Assembly (NCBI GenBank): GCA_041615815.1
Contig: JBFJCP010000023.1
Coordinates: 16,597 to 80,596 of the forward strand
Direction of reading: 5' to 3'
DNA from: Gemmatimonadales bacterium
Lineage (GTDB): Bacteria; Gemmatimonadota; Gemmatimonadetes; Gemmatimonadales; GWC2-71-9
DNA: 64,000 nucleotides
Shown: piece after piece, positions 19,538 through 29,450 of the stretch
Position numbering within the stretch: the stretch's first letter is position 1
Layout of the letters: the number at the start of each line of letters is the position of its first letter
The notes under the pieces: generated by a model
Told to the model about the DNA's origin: nothing
The model's database searches: none
What the model saw: the letters and a program-made list of their open reading frames with translations, nothing else
Position numbers and translations under genes: made by a program

Positions 19538-21217
19538 CTAGTTGCGGGAAACCCGGCGGTTGCGGCGAACCCGCAAGAAGTCGCCCGGCCCACGGAAGGG
19601 CGATTCGGGCTTCCACATGGGGAACGCGCTGGACATGGCGAGCTCCCACGTGAGCCGGACCAGCAACCGGCCCTGCTGCCTCGCCCCGATGAAGTCGTGA
19701 TCGTCCCGGAGCTCGTCGCCCGGTCGATGCCGGACCGACTGCTCGTATGCGCGGTGGAGATCGAGCCCCCAGCCCGGAGGGCGCCCGTGGTAATCGATCC
19801 CGGGGCTCAGGGCCACCACCGGAATCCCGGCCCGTGCAAAGGCAAAGACGTCGGATGCAAACAGCCGTCCCACGGCGGGAAGCGGGTCAGCCAACACCTT
19901 CAGCCCTTCGGCGGCAGCCAAACGGACAAAAGCCGAATCGACGCTGGAACCGTCGGCGCCGATCCCCATCACATCGCTCGTGATTCCGTACAGGTTTGCG
20001 CGTTCGATGCTCAAAACCGCTGCGGTGCGCTCCAGCGGGAATCGGGGTGATTCGAGATAGTGGGCGGCGCCCAGAAGCCCAGGGGTGGAGGCCGTCGTGG
20101 CGAGAAACAACACCGATCGTCTGAGTGCCCCCCGGCTTTGCACCAGGGCACGCGCCGCACCGAGCAACACCCCCACACCAGCGGCGTTGGCTTGGACTCC
20201 GTTGAGAATGCTATCAGGTCCTGCATGTTCCCGAATACCGAGGTAGTCGTAAGGCGCGGTGATCACGACCGCGTCCCCTTGGAGTTCCGCATCGCTCCCC
20301 GGGATCAGTCCGATCACGTTCGCCGAGCGTGCGTTTCGAATCCGACTCCGAATGTGCACGGCGGCATGCGCTCCAAACGCCATCGGTCGAAAGTCCGGAA
20401 GTGCTGCCCGCCGCAGCAGGGCGTCGAAATCGACACCCGCGCTCCGCAGCATTCGCGCCGTTGCTTCTCGCGTGATCCAGGCCGCAAAACGCAGTGTGGT
20501 ACCACGCTCGCCAGGTGGCCGAAGCACCTCCCCGGACCACGTGTTCCGGATTGCCGACCAGGAGAACGGCGCGCGGTCGTCGTGAATGATGATGACGCCA
20601 GCTGCGCCCAGCCGGGCCGCCTGCTCCAGCTTGTAGGTCCACCAACCGTAGTAGGAGACAGCCGGGCCGTGAAATCGACTCGCGTCCGCGACACCAGGGT
20701 CGTGACCGAGCACCAGCAGCACCTTCCCCGCCAGTGGTGTTCCTTTGAAATCGTCCCAGCTCCACTCGGGAGCGAAGACCCCATATCCGGCGAATACGAT
20801 CTCGCCGTCTACAGTGAGCGACGATTCGGGGCGAGCGGGCCAGGCAACGAAATCCTCGCGCGCCCGGAGCGCCATCGTCTGACGTCCGACCGCGACCACC
20901 AGCGAGGTCTGCGAGACGGAACCGATCAATTCCACCGGCTGGAGGTAGGAGTTGTTGTCGCCGCCGGGGACCAGTCCCAACGCTTGGAACTGTGCGGCCA
21001 CATAGCGGGTGGCCAGGGTACCGCCATCGGTCGCCGGCGCTCGACCGCGAAGGAGTTCATCGGCGAGGAATCTGGTGTGGGCCTCGATCGCGTCACTGCG
21101 AACCGACTCCAGAATCGCTGCGGGAATGGGCGCAGCAGCACCAGAGTCACGTTGTGCTACTGCCGGGGCGGCGTGAAACAGTGCCGCAAGCACGACCACA
21201 CTCGCGTCCGGCCGCAC
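19538..21217 (-). CDS. M28 family metallopeptidase homologue with PA domain, probably catalytically inactive
   Basis: Signal peptide, FLADELLRGRAP, FAGYGVFAPEWSWDDFKG, YYGWWTYKLEQAAR and NVIGLIPG. Metal-ligand positions are substituted (see findings). Confidence 0.85.
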   Translation of the reverse strand: MRPDASVVVLAALFHAAPAVAQRDSGAAAPIPAAILESVRSDAIEAHTRFLADELLRGRAPATDGGTLATRYVAAQFQALGLVPGGDNNSYLQPVELIGSVSQTSLVVAVGRQTMALRAREDFVAWPARPESSLTVDGEIVFAGYGVFAPEWSWDDFKGTPLAGKVLLVLGHDPGVADASRFHGPAVSYYGWWTYKLEQAARLGAAGVIIIHDDRAPFSWSAIRNTWSGEVLRPPGERGTTLRFAAWITREATARMLRSAGVDFDALLRRAALPDFRPMAFGAHAAVHIRSRIRNARSANVIGLIPGSDAELQGDAVVITAPYDYLGIREHAGPDSILNGVQANAAGVGVLLGAARALVQSRGALRRSVLFLATTASTPGLLGAAHYLESPRFPLERTAAVLSIERANLYGITSDVMGIGADGSSVDSAFVRLAAAEGLKVLADPLPAVGRLFASDVFAFARAGIPVVALSPGIDYHGRPPGWGLDLHRAYEQSVRHRPGDELRDDHDFIGARQQGRLLVRLTWELAMSSAFPMWKPESPFRGPGDFLRVRRNRRVSRN

Positions 21218-21218
21218 G

Positions 21219-22139
21219 CTAGCGCCTCTCTCGGGGAATGCACCGAACGCGAAGGATAGTCCCGGGATGTCCCGCAATCGCCTCGCTCGTCAAGACCAGC
21301 GATTCCTCGTCCAGAAAATCGACGCCCTCCCCCTGCGGCTCGCGGTACCCGATCCAGCACGGTCGCCCGTCCGGATGGTAGGATCCGTCGGGTCGCCGGC
21401 CGTAAAAGAAGAGTTCCGTGTAGGTCCGAATGACAAATCGGTTGCCGCTCGGCGATATGGCCGCCCCGGTGACCACTTGACCGATCCGGCGCACGGGCGC
21501 GATGTCGAGCGTTCCAACCGGAACGGCTGTCGTCCCACCTGCAAGCCGCTCGTCGGGACGAATGCAGAAAACCCTGATGGGTCCGGAACGTCCCTTCGTC
21601 ACGAGGTAGATCTCGCCCTGTGGCGTGACGCCGATGGCCTCGACGTCGTGTGCGCGGTCCGGAAACCGAACCCGGAGCATGCGGGCGGACAGTCGCTCGG
21701 GTCTCCCAGTCCGGCGGGCTGGTGGTGGTGGCTCCGGCAGGATGTACAACGCAACCTCGCGCCGATCCTCGAGATTATCGCCCGTGTCGGCTACGTAGAG
21801 GCAGGGAGCGTCTTGGTCGGGGCAGGGGCCTTGCGCCATGTCCTCCCAGTCCACGGGATCCACTTCGTCCAGGCGGTATCGGCCGAGCCCCACACCCTGG
21901 AGGTTAGTTGCGTAGATGTTGGCATCGTCGCCGGAATCGTTGTGTGTCCACAACAGCCCGGGATATTGCCGGCTGGCTACGACCCCCGAGCTCTCGGCGA
22001 TCCCTCGGCTCGCGAACGTCGCCGCGCTCTCGACGACCAGGGAGTCGTAGCCTTGGGCTCCGAGAGGGTGGATGGCGAGGACCATCAGGGTCCCCACCAC
22101 TCCCCATGAATGCCGGGAATGGGACCTCGACGATGACAT
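21219..22139 (-). CDS. Secreted beta-propeller-like protein
   Basis: Signal peptide; IAESSG, LWTHNDSG, DWEDMA, LYVADTGDN, DVEA and QGEG repeats. Confidence 0.75.
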   Translation of the reverse strand: MSSSRSHSRHSWGVVGTLMVLAIHPLGAQGYDSLVVESAATFASRGIAESSGVVASRQYPGLLWTHNDSGDDANIYATNLQGVGLGRYRLDEVDPVDWEDMAQGPCPDQDAPCLYVADTGDNLEDRREVALYILPEPPPPARRTGRPERLSARMLRVRFPDRAHDVEAIGVTPQGEIYLVTKGRSGPIRVFCIRPDERLAGGTTAVPVGTLDIAPVRRIGQVVTGAAISPSGNRFVIRTYTELFFYGRRPDGSYHPDGRPCWIGYREPQGEGVDFLDEESLVLTSEAIAGHPGTILRVRCIPRERR

Positions 22140-22199
22140 AGGCGTCCAATTGTACCGGGTGCTTGCCCCTCGGTAAAGGAACCGCGATGTTTCTCGGCG

Positions 22200-24236
22200 A
22201 TGATTGCGTCACTGCTCAATCGACCGCTCGAAAAACGACCCGACCGTGTGCGCCTCTCAGGGCGCATTCTCTTCCTCGTGGACGATGCCGAGCTCATGCG
22301 CCGCCAGCTTGAGGGCGAGGACCTCGATTGGCCGGTCGCCGCCCCCCTGCGCGACGACATCTCGACGGACGAGATCACGCCTGCCTACATCTGCTACTAC
22401 TACGACGACACGCTTGGCGACTTCCCATACTTGGGTTTGAAAGCCGGCGACGATTTTCCCATCACCCGGGGGAGTGTGCGTCACGGAGCGTTCGTGTGTT
22501 CCGTGGCTGGCAAGCGGCGCGGGAAGGGCTCCTCGCGCGAACAGTCTCCATACGCCGAGATGCGCGCAGGGATACGTCTCGTCATCGGGGAAAGTATCGA
22601 GCGCATTTATCGAGAAAATTGCCAGAATCTGGGTATTCTCACCAGCACGGACTTCGCCCTCATTCAGCGACTTCGGGCCGGCGAGGAGATTCCACTCCGC
22701 GAGTTCACCGAGCGCGAAGGTGAGATCACGCGGGGAATCATTGAGTACGGCGGTCTCTTCCAGTACAACGTGGGTCGTGTTCAAGGAAGAATCCGCGTCC
22801 CCACGATTTCCACGCCGAAGCGTCCGATGACCTTGGCCGAAAAGATCATTGCACGACATTGGGTAACCGATCTCGCCCGTGATCAGGTTGGCGTGCCCTA
22901 CGTGCAAACGGGAGACGAGGGCTTCGTTCGCACGGACATCCGATTCAGCCATGAATACGTAACGCCGATGGCCGCCATTTTCTGGCAGGACAACGTCGGT
23001 GAGCACGAGCCAGTGGTCGATGCAAGTTCGGTCTTCTTTTTCCGAGATCACCTCACGTATCTCGAGCTGGCGATGACCGACGAGCGAAAGGCCCAAGGCC
23101 TCCTCGACGTGGCACTCGAGCTGAAGACCAAGCAGGAAGAGTTCGCAGCCCAGCAGGGCATCACTCTCTACGGCGAGCTTCCCCGCCTCGGACCCCACAT
23201 GATGGTGCGCGGATCGGAGGCGATCTGTCACTCCAAGATCCTCGAGCAACACGCCCTACCGGGACACCTCATCATCGGGAGCGACTCCCACACTCCGCAT
23301 GCTGGTGCCATTGGAAGTGTGGCCTTCGGTGTGGGGACCACAGCCATTTTCAATTCGTGGCTGACGAAAGACGTTCGAATCAAAGTGCCGCCATCGGTGC
23401 TCGTTCGGATCCGCGGGGAGCGTCCGGAGAACGTGACGGCCAAGGACTTCATGTTGCAGATCCTGCGCGACCCGTACGTGAAGAACGGGCGCGCCATTGG
23501 GAAAATCGTCGAGTATGCGGGCCAAGCGGTCGAGCAACTCTCGATCGACGAGCGTGCCACGATGACGAACATGGCCGCCGAGGTCGGTGCATTCACCGGC
23601 ATCGTCAAACCGGATGCCAAGGCCGTGGAGTTTCTGGCGCGAGAGCGTGGCATGGAGCGCGCAGCCGCCGAGGCCATGCTCGACGGACTGTTCTCCGATC
23701 CAGACGCCGAGTACGAGAAGATCATCGAGGTCGACGCAGCAGCCCTACGCCCGATGGTCGCGCTTCCCGGTGATCCAGGGAACGGGTTGTTCATCGAAGA
23801 ACTCGGCGATCCCGTCAAGATCGACATCGCCTATGCCGGTTCGTGCACCGCCGGCAAGAAGTCCGACATGGATATGTACGCGCGCGTGTTTCGCGATGCA
23901 TTGGACCGGAATGAGCGGGTTCATCCAGACGTGCGGTGCTACATCCAGTGCGGTTCGCAGGAAGTGAAACGGTATTGCGAAGACCAAGGCTATCTGGAGG
24001 TGTTCCAGCAGGTCGGTGCCGAATTCATCGAGCCGTCGTGCGGCGCGTGCATCAATGCTGGGCCTGGCGTATCCTACGATCGAGAAACGGTGACGATCAG
24101 CGCCATTAATCGGAACTTCCCGGGCCGCTCAGGTCCCGGTCAGCTCTACCTGGCCAGTCCGTTTACCACGGCGGCGAGTGCCATCGCTGGCTACATCACC
24201 ATCTGGGAGGGCACGGCAATCGCCACGCCGGCGTAG
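22200..24236 (+). CDS. Aconitase-family [4Fe-4S] hydro-lyase, LeuD-like swivel domain fused N-terminal to a LeuC-like domain
   Basis: DDISTDEITP and GKGSSREQ (small-subunit motifs) come first, followed by MTLAEKI, GSDSHT, ERATMTNM, GSCT, SCGAC, NRNFPGR and YLASP. Confidence 0.88.
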   Translation: MIASLLNRPLEKRPDRVRLSGRILFLVDDAELMRRQLEGEDLDWPVAAPLRDDISTDEITPAYICYYYDDTLGDFPYLGLKAGDDFPITRGSVRHGAFVCSVAGKRRGKGSSREQSPYAEMRAGIRLVIGESIERIYRENCQNLGILTSTDFALIQRLRAGEEIPLREFTEREGEITRGIIEYGGLFQYNVGRVQGRIRVPTISTPKRPMTLAEKIIARHWVTDLARDQVGVPYVQTGDEGFVRTDIRFSHEYVTPMAAIFWQDNVGEHEPVVDASSVFFFRDHLTYLELAMTDERKAQGLLDVALELKTKQEEFAAQQGITLYGELPRLGPHMMVRGSEAICHSKILEQHALPGHLIIGSDSHTPHAGAIGSVAFGVGTTAIFNSWLTKDVRIKVPPSVLVRIRGERPENVTAKDFMLQILRDPYVKNGRAIGKIVEYAGQAVEQLSIDERATMTNMAAEVGAFTGIVKPDAKAVEFLARERGMERAAAEAMLDGLFSDPDAEYEKIIEVDAAALRPMVALPGDPGNGLFIEELGDPVKIDIAYAGSCTAGKKSDMDMYARVFRDALDRNERVHPDVRCYIQCGSQEVKRYCEDQGYLEVFQQVGAEFIEPSCGACINAGPGVSYDRETVTISAINRNFPGRSGPGQLYLASPFTTAASAIAGYITIWEGTAIATPA

Positions 24237-24239
24237 CGG

Positions 24240-25472
24240 TCAACGAAACGGCTCGCCGAAAGCTCCCGTTGAGATGTTGACGCCGGCAACCGGTGGATTG
24301 CGACGAAAGGCTGCGGCCGGATAGACCCCCCGAGCATTCCATAACACCCACTCCTGGATCCCTGCGTCCTCCGCGGCCGCGATCTGTGCGCGCACTTCCG
24401 CCGCCGTGTAGCGCGGGCGTCCAAGCGTAAACGCTTGGAGGAACGGGCGAATACGGCCCGGGCGCTCCAGCCTGGCCGTCCGCTGAATTCCGTCCTCGAG
24501 CGCGCGGCGCACGACACTGTAAGGCTGTGAGTTGGGGTGACGCAGGCCGTAGGTCCCGCGCCGATAGTGACTGGGGTAGATCATAGGGAGCACGACGTCC
24601 GCGATCGTGATCAAGTCCTCCCAGTACTGACCGATGCCCAACCCACCCTCGGAACTCGTGGTCAGACCGAAGACATCGATGGTGAACGGTACACCGAGCG
24701 GCTTGACGCGATCCCGTAATAGCTCGAGGTGGCGCGCGAGTGATGCGCGCTGACTCTCGTCGCCACGCTGCGCAGCATACACCGCTCGCTTCAGGCGATG
24801 TGGAGGTTCGTCGGGGAATCGCACGTAATCGAATTGGATTTCGGCGAAGCCGTAACGCACGGCCTCCTGAGCGAGCTCGGCGGCGTAGATCCACACCGAA
24901 TCGTTGTGGGCATCCACCCACGGTTTTCCCAAACCATCGTGCCAAAGCCCGCCCTGCACATCGCGAATCGCCCAGTGCGGTTTCTGCTGCGCTAAGAGGG
25001 GATCGCGAGCCACGACGATTCGGGCGATGGCGTGTATCCCGTGCGCGCGGAGGCGTGCGAGTCGGCGCGCCGTGTCGGGGGCACGGACTTCCGCGTTCGC
25101 CCCAATCTCAATCGCGGTTCGAACGGTGGACGGAAAAGTCACGTATCCCGTCGCGTCCTTCGCGTCGATGACGAACGCATTGACCTCGGTCGTGTCGGCG
25201 AGGCGGATGAGCTTGTCGAGCCGGGACGAGCCAAATAACCACGCGTTCAGATAGATGCCCCGCACCACCTGCGGCGGCGGATCGGTTGGTGGTGCTGGCT
25301 GACGGAGGGGATCGGACACTCGCGGTTCAATCGCCGCGAGATAGTTGGGTGCGGTGTGATCGTGGTGCAGCGGCGCCAGGTGAGCCGGGCGTCCCAGCTC
25401 CTGTGTCAGGCCGGGGCCCGCGACGCACGCGACGCCGAGAAACGCCGCGCCAATCCCGACGCGCCAACGCAT
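24240..25472 (-). CDS. Putative glycoside hydrolase (DUF4015-like), secreted
   Basis: VRGIYL, NAFVIDAKD, IARIVV, GFAEIQFDYVRFP, PMIYPSHY, RPFLQAF and LWNA. Confidence 0.82.
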   Translation of the reverse strand: MRWRVGIGAAFLGVACVAGPGLTQELGRPAHLAPLHHDHTAPNYLAAIEPRVSDPLRQPAPPTDPPPQVVRGIYLNAWLFGSSRLDKLIRLADTTEVNAFVIDAKDATGYVTFPSTVRTAIEIGANAEVRAPDTARRLARLRAHGIHAIARIVVARDPLLAQQKPHWAIRDVQGGLWHDGLGKPWVDAHNDSVWIYAAELAQEAVRYGFAEIQFDYVRFPDEPPHRLKRAVYAAQRGDESQRASLARHLELLRDRVKPLGVPFTIDVFGLTTSSEGGLGIGQYWEDLITIADVVLPMIYPSHYRRGTYGLRHPNSQPYSVVRRALEDGIQRTARLERPGRIRPFLQAFTLGRPRYTAAEVRAQIAAAEDAGIQEWVLWNARGVYPAAAFRRNPPVAGVNISTGAFGEPFR

Positions 25473-25484
25473 GATCGACGTGGC

Positions 25485-26879
25485 CTACTGCGGATCGTCG
25501 ATTCGGTGCAGCTCCACGCGTCGGTTCTGTGCACGACCGTCCCGAGTCTGGTTGGTGGCAATCGGGCGCTCCGGGCCGTAACCCTTGGCTTGCATCCGGG
25601 AGTATGCCACGCCCCGCTGTGCGAGGTATGCCACCACGGCCTGTGCACGTGCTTGCGAGAGCCGCATGTTGAGGGCGCGTGACCCGGTTGCATCAGTGTG
25701 TCCGGAGACCTCGATACGGACGTCCGGGTAGGCCAAGAGCGACTTGGCCACTTCATCGAGAACAGCGTGCGATTCGGGCGTGAGACGAGACTTGCCAGTC
25801 TCGAAATTCACACCTTGGAGAACGAGCGGTTGGGCGCGCCCTTTCTCCTCGCGGAAAAGGACCGGGCAGCCGATGGCGTCGACCTCGGTACCAGCCGGCG
25901 TTCCCGCACAGCGATCGATACCGTCGTATACACCGTCACCGTCGGAGTCTCTGGGACATCCCTCCGCGTCCACCTCGGCATTTGCCGGAGTGTCGGCGCA
26001 CCGATCGAGCCCGTCGAAGACGCCGTCACCGTCGGTGTCCCGAGGACAACCATTCTCGTCCACCGCCGCCCCGACGGGTGAGTCAGGACAGATGTCGATG
26101 CCGTCCAGCACGCCGTCGGTGTCGGTGTCCCTGGGACAACCAAGCGGGTCGACGACCGCGCCCAACGGAGTGTCCGGGCAGGAATCCAAACCGTCGAACA
26201 CGCCGTCGCTATCGCTGTCGATGGGACATCCCTGCTCATCCACACGGGCACCGGCGGGAGTCTCGGGGCAGCGATCGCGCTTGTCGGGGACGAGATCCCC
26301 ATCCGTGTCTCTCGGAGTGCCGCCGAAGGCGAAGATCGAGATCCCGGCGGCGCCACCAAAGTTCACAACCCGGTCGTCGCCGAGTTGGAGCGCCGAGCTG
26401 GGGTAGTATGCCGCCCGACCCTCGAGCCGCAGCGCGACGCGGCTCCCGAAGTGCAGCCGATCACCCAGGATGACGTGTCCACCGTTGTCGTCGGCCTCGA
26501 GGCCGCCTCGGTAGAAGAGACGCTCGTAGCCAGCTCCCACGTAGAGGCTGTTCCAGCTGGCGAGCCGCAAGTGACCAAGCAGCGTACCGCCCACGCGAGC
26601 GACGTCCACCTGCGTTCCCACGCCGGTCATCTCGGTTTGCGTAAAATCCCCATTGGCTTCGATGGAGAGGCCCGGAACGAAGAACAGCCCGAGTCGGCCT
26701 CCCGCTCCCATGCGGGAGTCGAGGACGAGACTCTGGGCATCGTACCGCGTGAACGTCCCATAGGTGCCCAATTCCACCCTGGGCGACCCGCCGTTTTGGG
26801 CGGCAGCGGGAAAACTCGTGAGGCTGAGCAGCAGCGCGAGGCCGCCGAGCGTGCGGCACGGTGTCCGAGATTCTGGCAT
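25485..26879 (-). CDS. OmpA family outer membrane protein with thrombospondin type 3-like Ca-binding repeats
   Basis: Signal peptide, beta-barrel region and five Asp/Cys repeats; OmpA-C motifs FETGKS, SGHTD, LSQARA and NRRVE. Confidence 0.92.
   Translation of the reverse strand: MPESRTPCRTLGGLALLLSLTSFPAAAQNGGSPRVELGTYGTFTRYDAQSLVLDSRMGAGGRLGLFFVPGLSIEANGDFTQTEMTGVGTQVDVARVGGTLLGHLRLASWNSLYVGAGYERLFYRGGLEADDNGGHVILGDRLHFGSRVALRLEGRAAYYPSSALQLGDDRVVNFGGAAGISIFAFGGTPRDTDGDLVPDKRDRCPETPAGARVDEQGCPIDSDSDGVFDGLDSCPDTPLGAVVDPLGCPRDTDTDGVLDGIDICPDSPVGAAVDENGCPRDTDGDGVFDGLDRCADTPANAEVDAEGCPRDSDGDGVYDGIDRCAGTPAGTEVDAIGCPVLFREEKGRAQPLVLQGVNFETGKSRLTPESHAVLDEVAKSLLAYPDVRIEVSGHTDATGSRALNMRLSQARAQAVVAYLAQRGVAYSRMQAKGYGPERPIATNQTRDGRAQNRRVELHRIDDPQ
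25863..26312 (-). repeat. Five tandem 90-nt (30 aa) coding repeats, xDxDxDGVxDxxDxCPxTPxGxxVDxxGCP
   Basis: Read directly from the translation. Confidence 0.9.
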
Positions 26880-26946
26880 GAAAAGAAGTTTGCGGACCGG
26901 CGGGGGTCGGGCTATGTCGTTCGTGGTAAATAGGTTGTGATATTTC

Positions 26947-29043
26947 TCACGTCTTCGTGCCTCCGACGAGTCGGCCGCTCTCCGTCAACTGGTCTGCCAG
27001 CGTGCGCAGCTCGGTCGCTCCCTGGTGGAGCTCGGCGATGGAACGAAGCTGCTCGGCCGCCGCTCCGGCCCCGCCCGCCGCCTCGGCAGCAGACTGGGCG
27101 GCGGCCGTCTGTGCGTCCGCAAGGATGGCTTTGGCGCGCTCCGCGAGCTCCCGATTCCGCCGCGGCACCTGGACCAGTCGCTCGCCCGTGTCCTTCGCAG
27201 CGTCCGCCGTGGTGACGATGCCCGTGAGCTGATCACTCCACCGACTGGCCGAACCACTCAGCTCCCCGAGCTGGCGGCCCAAATCCTCCAACACTCGGGC
27301 CGCCCGGTCGATGACGCGGCGCGTCTCCTGAGCGTTGCGTCCCATGCTTCGGGCGGCGTGCCCGCTCTGCTCGGCGAGCTTGCGGACTTCCTCGGCGACG
27401 ACGGCGAATCCCTTGCCCTGTATGCCAGTCCGCGCGGCCTCGATGGTTGCGTTCAGTGCCAGCATGTTGGTTTGGTTGGCGATCCCGGCGATCGCTTCAG
27501 CAAAGCGCTCCACCTCACTGGCAGCGTCTCGCAGCCGGCCGACCTCGGCCGACCCGGCGGCGATGGTGGTCGTCAAATGCTGGAGCTCCGAGGCCGTTCG
27601 GTTGCTTGCTTCCTGCACATCCACCGCCGCCCGCGCCATCGTGTGACTGGTGGCCTGTGTCTCCGTCGCTGCCTGCATCATCTCGTCGATTCCCCCCGCC
27701 AGACGCGCCAGCGCGTCCACCGCCTCTTCCACGCGACCAGCCGCGCGTCTTGCCTCTCCCTGCGCGCTCGACGAGGCAGATGCGACAGACTCAGCCATGG
27801 TTCGGAGGGCTTCGCTCGCGGCAGTGAGTCGCACCACATAGGCAGCCGTCTGGGTGGAGGACCGGTCAATCGGTTGCAGGAGTGATGTGAGGACGATCGA
27901 AAGCGCGAGTTGCGGCGCCAAGAGGTTGAGCAACTGCCCGTCTGCCTCGCGATACATTGTGGGATCCGAATGTCGGACGCTCCACATTCCCACGAGCTGG
28001 CCGGCGTGATACAAGGGAATGAGTACCTCGGCTCCGGGTGTCTCTCCCTCCGGAAGCACGATGTTTGCTTTGCGGAAGACGTTGGACACCAGGGGCTGTC
28101 CCCGACGAACCGCCTCGCCTGTCAACCCGGACCGGGCATCGAAGCGCAACTGTTCCGCGGTTGCGGTATCCGCGAGCAATATCAGCTCTTCCGAACCCGT
28201 TTCGTAGCGGGCGAAGCCCATGTTCTCCCACGATACGAGATGGCGCGTGACCTCTTGAATCCGATGGAAGCTTCGCTCGATGCTGACCTCGGCGGCCACA
28301 GTCCCCGCGAGACCCTGCACCAGTCGTAGCTCGTCCGCCCGGACGGCCGTGCGAATGATCCAGTAGAGCAGCGCCCCCGCCGCGAGGAGGAGCACGGCCA
28401 AGAGGCCTGCCTCCAAGGGCGGCGGCGACTCGTGGAGCAACGCGCTCCATCCGAGGGCGAGTGCGAGACCGGAAAACGTGACCACCGCCTCCCAGCGGAG
28501 CGTCAGCTTGGCGTCCACCCACGCCACGCTCCCGCTCAGGGCCAATTCGAAGTAGAACGTGGCGTTGGCCACCAGCGGCAACACCAGCAGGAGCACGATG
28601 AGGGGGAAGAGGTTGTCGATAGTGAGCGCACCTGGGCCAACGACCCCGTTCAGACTGCTATAGAGGAGACCGGACAGGCCGGCGGCCACGGCGATGTGGG
28701 CCGTCGTGGCAATCCCCACCCATGCCCGCCTGCGGAAGGCCAGATCGCCCAGGGGGACCCCGACGGCCGCCACGATGACGCCGAACTCCCACCCCTGCAG
28801 CAACATCGCCACGAGCACGACGGCAAGAATGAAGGACGCAAACCCGCGTCCGGGGAGCGGGATGCCCAGTGGTCGTGACAGCGCTGCCGCGGCCCCCAAC
28901 AGGACGAACTGGAGGGCCGCCGCGCCAACCCGCATCTCCGGGCGGGTGGCAAGCGCCACGACGGCCAGCATCACGAACAATGCACCGGCACCGTACACCA
29001 GCGTGCGGAGGGCGGTGATGCCTGCGGTGGATGGACGAGTCAC
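26947..29043 (-). CDS. Methyl-accepting chemotaxis protein with multi-TM sensor and GAF domain
   Basis: Signalling tip [39 protein letters not shown]-like [18 protein letters not shown]; about 7-8 TM helices. GTG 29043 is favoured by the position of the upstream sigma54 site. Confidence 0.9.
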   Translation of the reverse strand: MTRPSTAGITALRTLVYGAGALFVMLAVVALATRPEMRVGAAALQFVLLGAAAALSRPLGIPLPGRGFASFILAVVLVAMLLQGWEFGVIVAAVGVPLGDLAFRRRAWVGIATTAHIAVAAGLSGLLYSSLNGVVGPGALTIDNLFPLIVLLLVLPLVANATFYFELALSGSVAWVDAKLTLRWEAVVTFSGLALALGWSALLHESPPPLEAGLLAVLLLAAGALLYWIIRTAVRADELRLVQGLAGTVAAEVSIERSFHRIQEVTRHLVSWENMGFARYETGSEELILLADTATAEQLRFDARSGLTGEAVRRGQPLVSNVFRKANIVLPEGETPGAEVLIPLYHAGQLVGMWSVRHSDPTMYREADGQLLNLLAPQLALSIVLTSLLQPIDRSSTQTAAYVVRLTAASEALRTMAESVASASSSAQGEARRAAGRVEEAVDALARLAGGIDEMMQAATETQATSHTMARAAVDVQEASNRTASELQHLTTTIAAGSAEVGRLRDAASEVERFAEAIAGIANQTNMLALNATIEAARTGIQGKGFAVVAEEVRKLAEQSGHAARSMGRNAQETRRVIDRAARVLEDLGRQLGELSGSASRWSDQLTGIVTTADAAKDTGERLVQVPRRNRELAERAKAILADAQTAAAQSAAEAAGGAGAAAEQLRSIAELHQGATELRTLADQLTESGRLVGGTKT

Positions 29044-29062
29044 GGTGCGCGGCGAACCGTAG

Positions 29063-29078
29063 GCTAAAGGCGTGCCAA
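29063..29078 (-). promoter_or_regulatory. Sigma54 -24/-12 promoter of the MCP gene
   Basis: Minus strand reads TTGGCACGCCTTTAGC, close to the consensus TTGGCACG-N4-TTGC. Confidence 0.7.
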
Positions 29079-29210
29079 TCTTGGGGGCGGAAGCGCGAAT
29101 GAGCAAGCCGTCTGCCGGCACCCCCTGCGTGGCGTGGCCGGTGGTCGCGAGCCGATTACTTTACAGGGTTACTGCTTTGGAACGGTGCTTTCGCTTTTGG
29201 AGACCGAGGC

Positions 29211-29441
29211 GTGAAGGTCACGATCCAGTATTGCGTGGTTTGAAACTACGAACCCCGGGCCGCCAGTTTGGCGGCCGACATCCGCGCGCGTTATCCGACT
29301 GCCGACGTTCGCCTCGTCGAAGCGTCCGGCGGCCTCTTCGAGGTCGCTGTGGACGGTGACCTCGTCTTTTCCAAACAGGCGCTCGGACGCCACGCGGAGC
29401 CAGGCGAGGTGGTTGGGCTGATCGAGGGCAAGCTGGGATAG
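29211..29441 (+). CDS. SelW/SelT/SelH (Rdx) family selenoprotein, UGA-encoded Sec in a CxxU motif
   Basis: Manual translation: MKVTIQYCVVU(TGA 29241-29243)NYEPRAASLAADIRARYPTADVRLVEASGGLFEVAVDGDLVFSKQALGRHAEPGEVVGLIEGKLG*. A GGAG/GAGG RBS lies upstream. Not in the ORF track. Confidence 0.9.
29258..29276 (+). promoter_or_regulatory. Bacterial SECIS-like stem-loop
   Basis: GGCCGCCA-GTT-TGGCGGCC hairpin starts 15 nt after the in-frame UGA and has a G-containing apical loop. Confidence 0.7.
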
Positions 29442-29450
29442 GGGCGAACA

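Noticed and set aside
25863..26312. Regular 90-nt repeats as a possible CRISPR array
   Set aside because: They are degenerate in-frame coding repeats of OmpA with no unique spacers and no cas genes.
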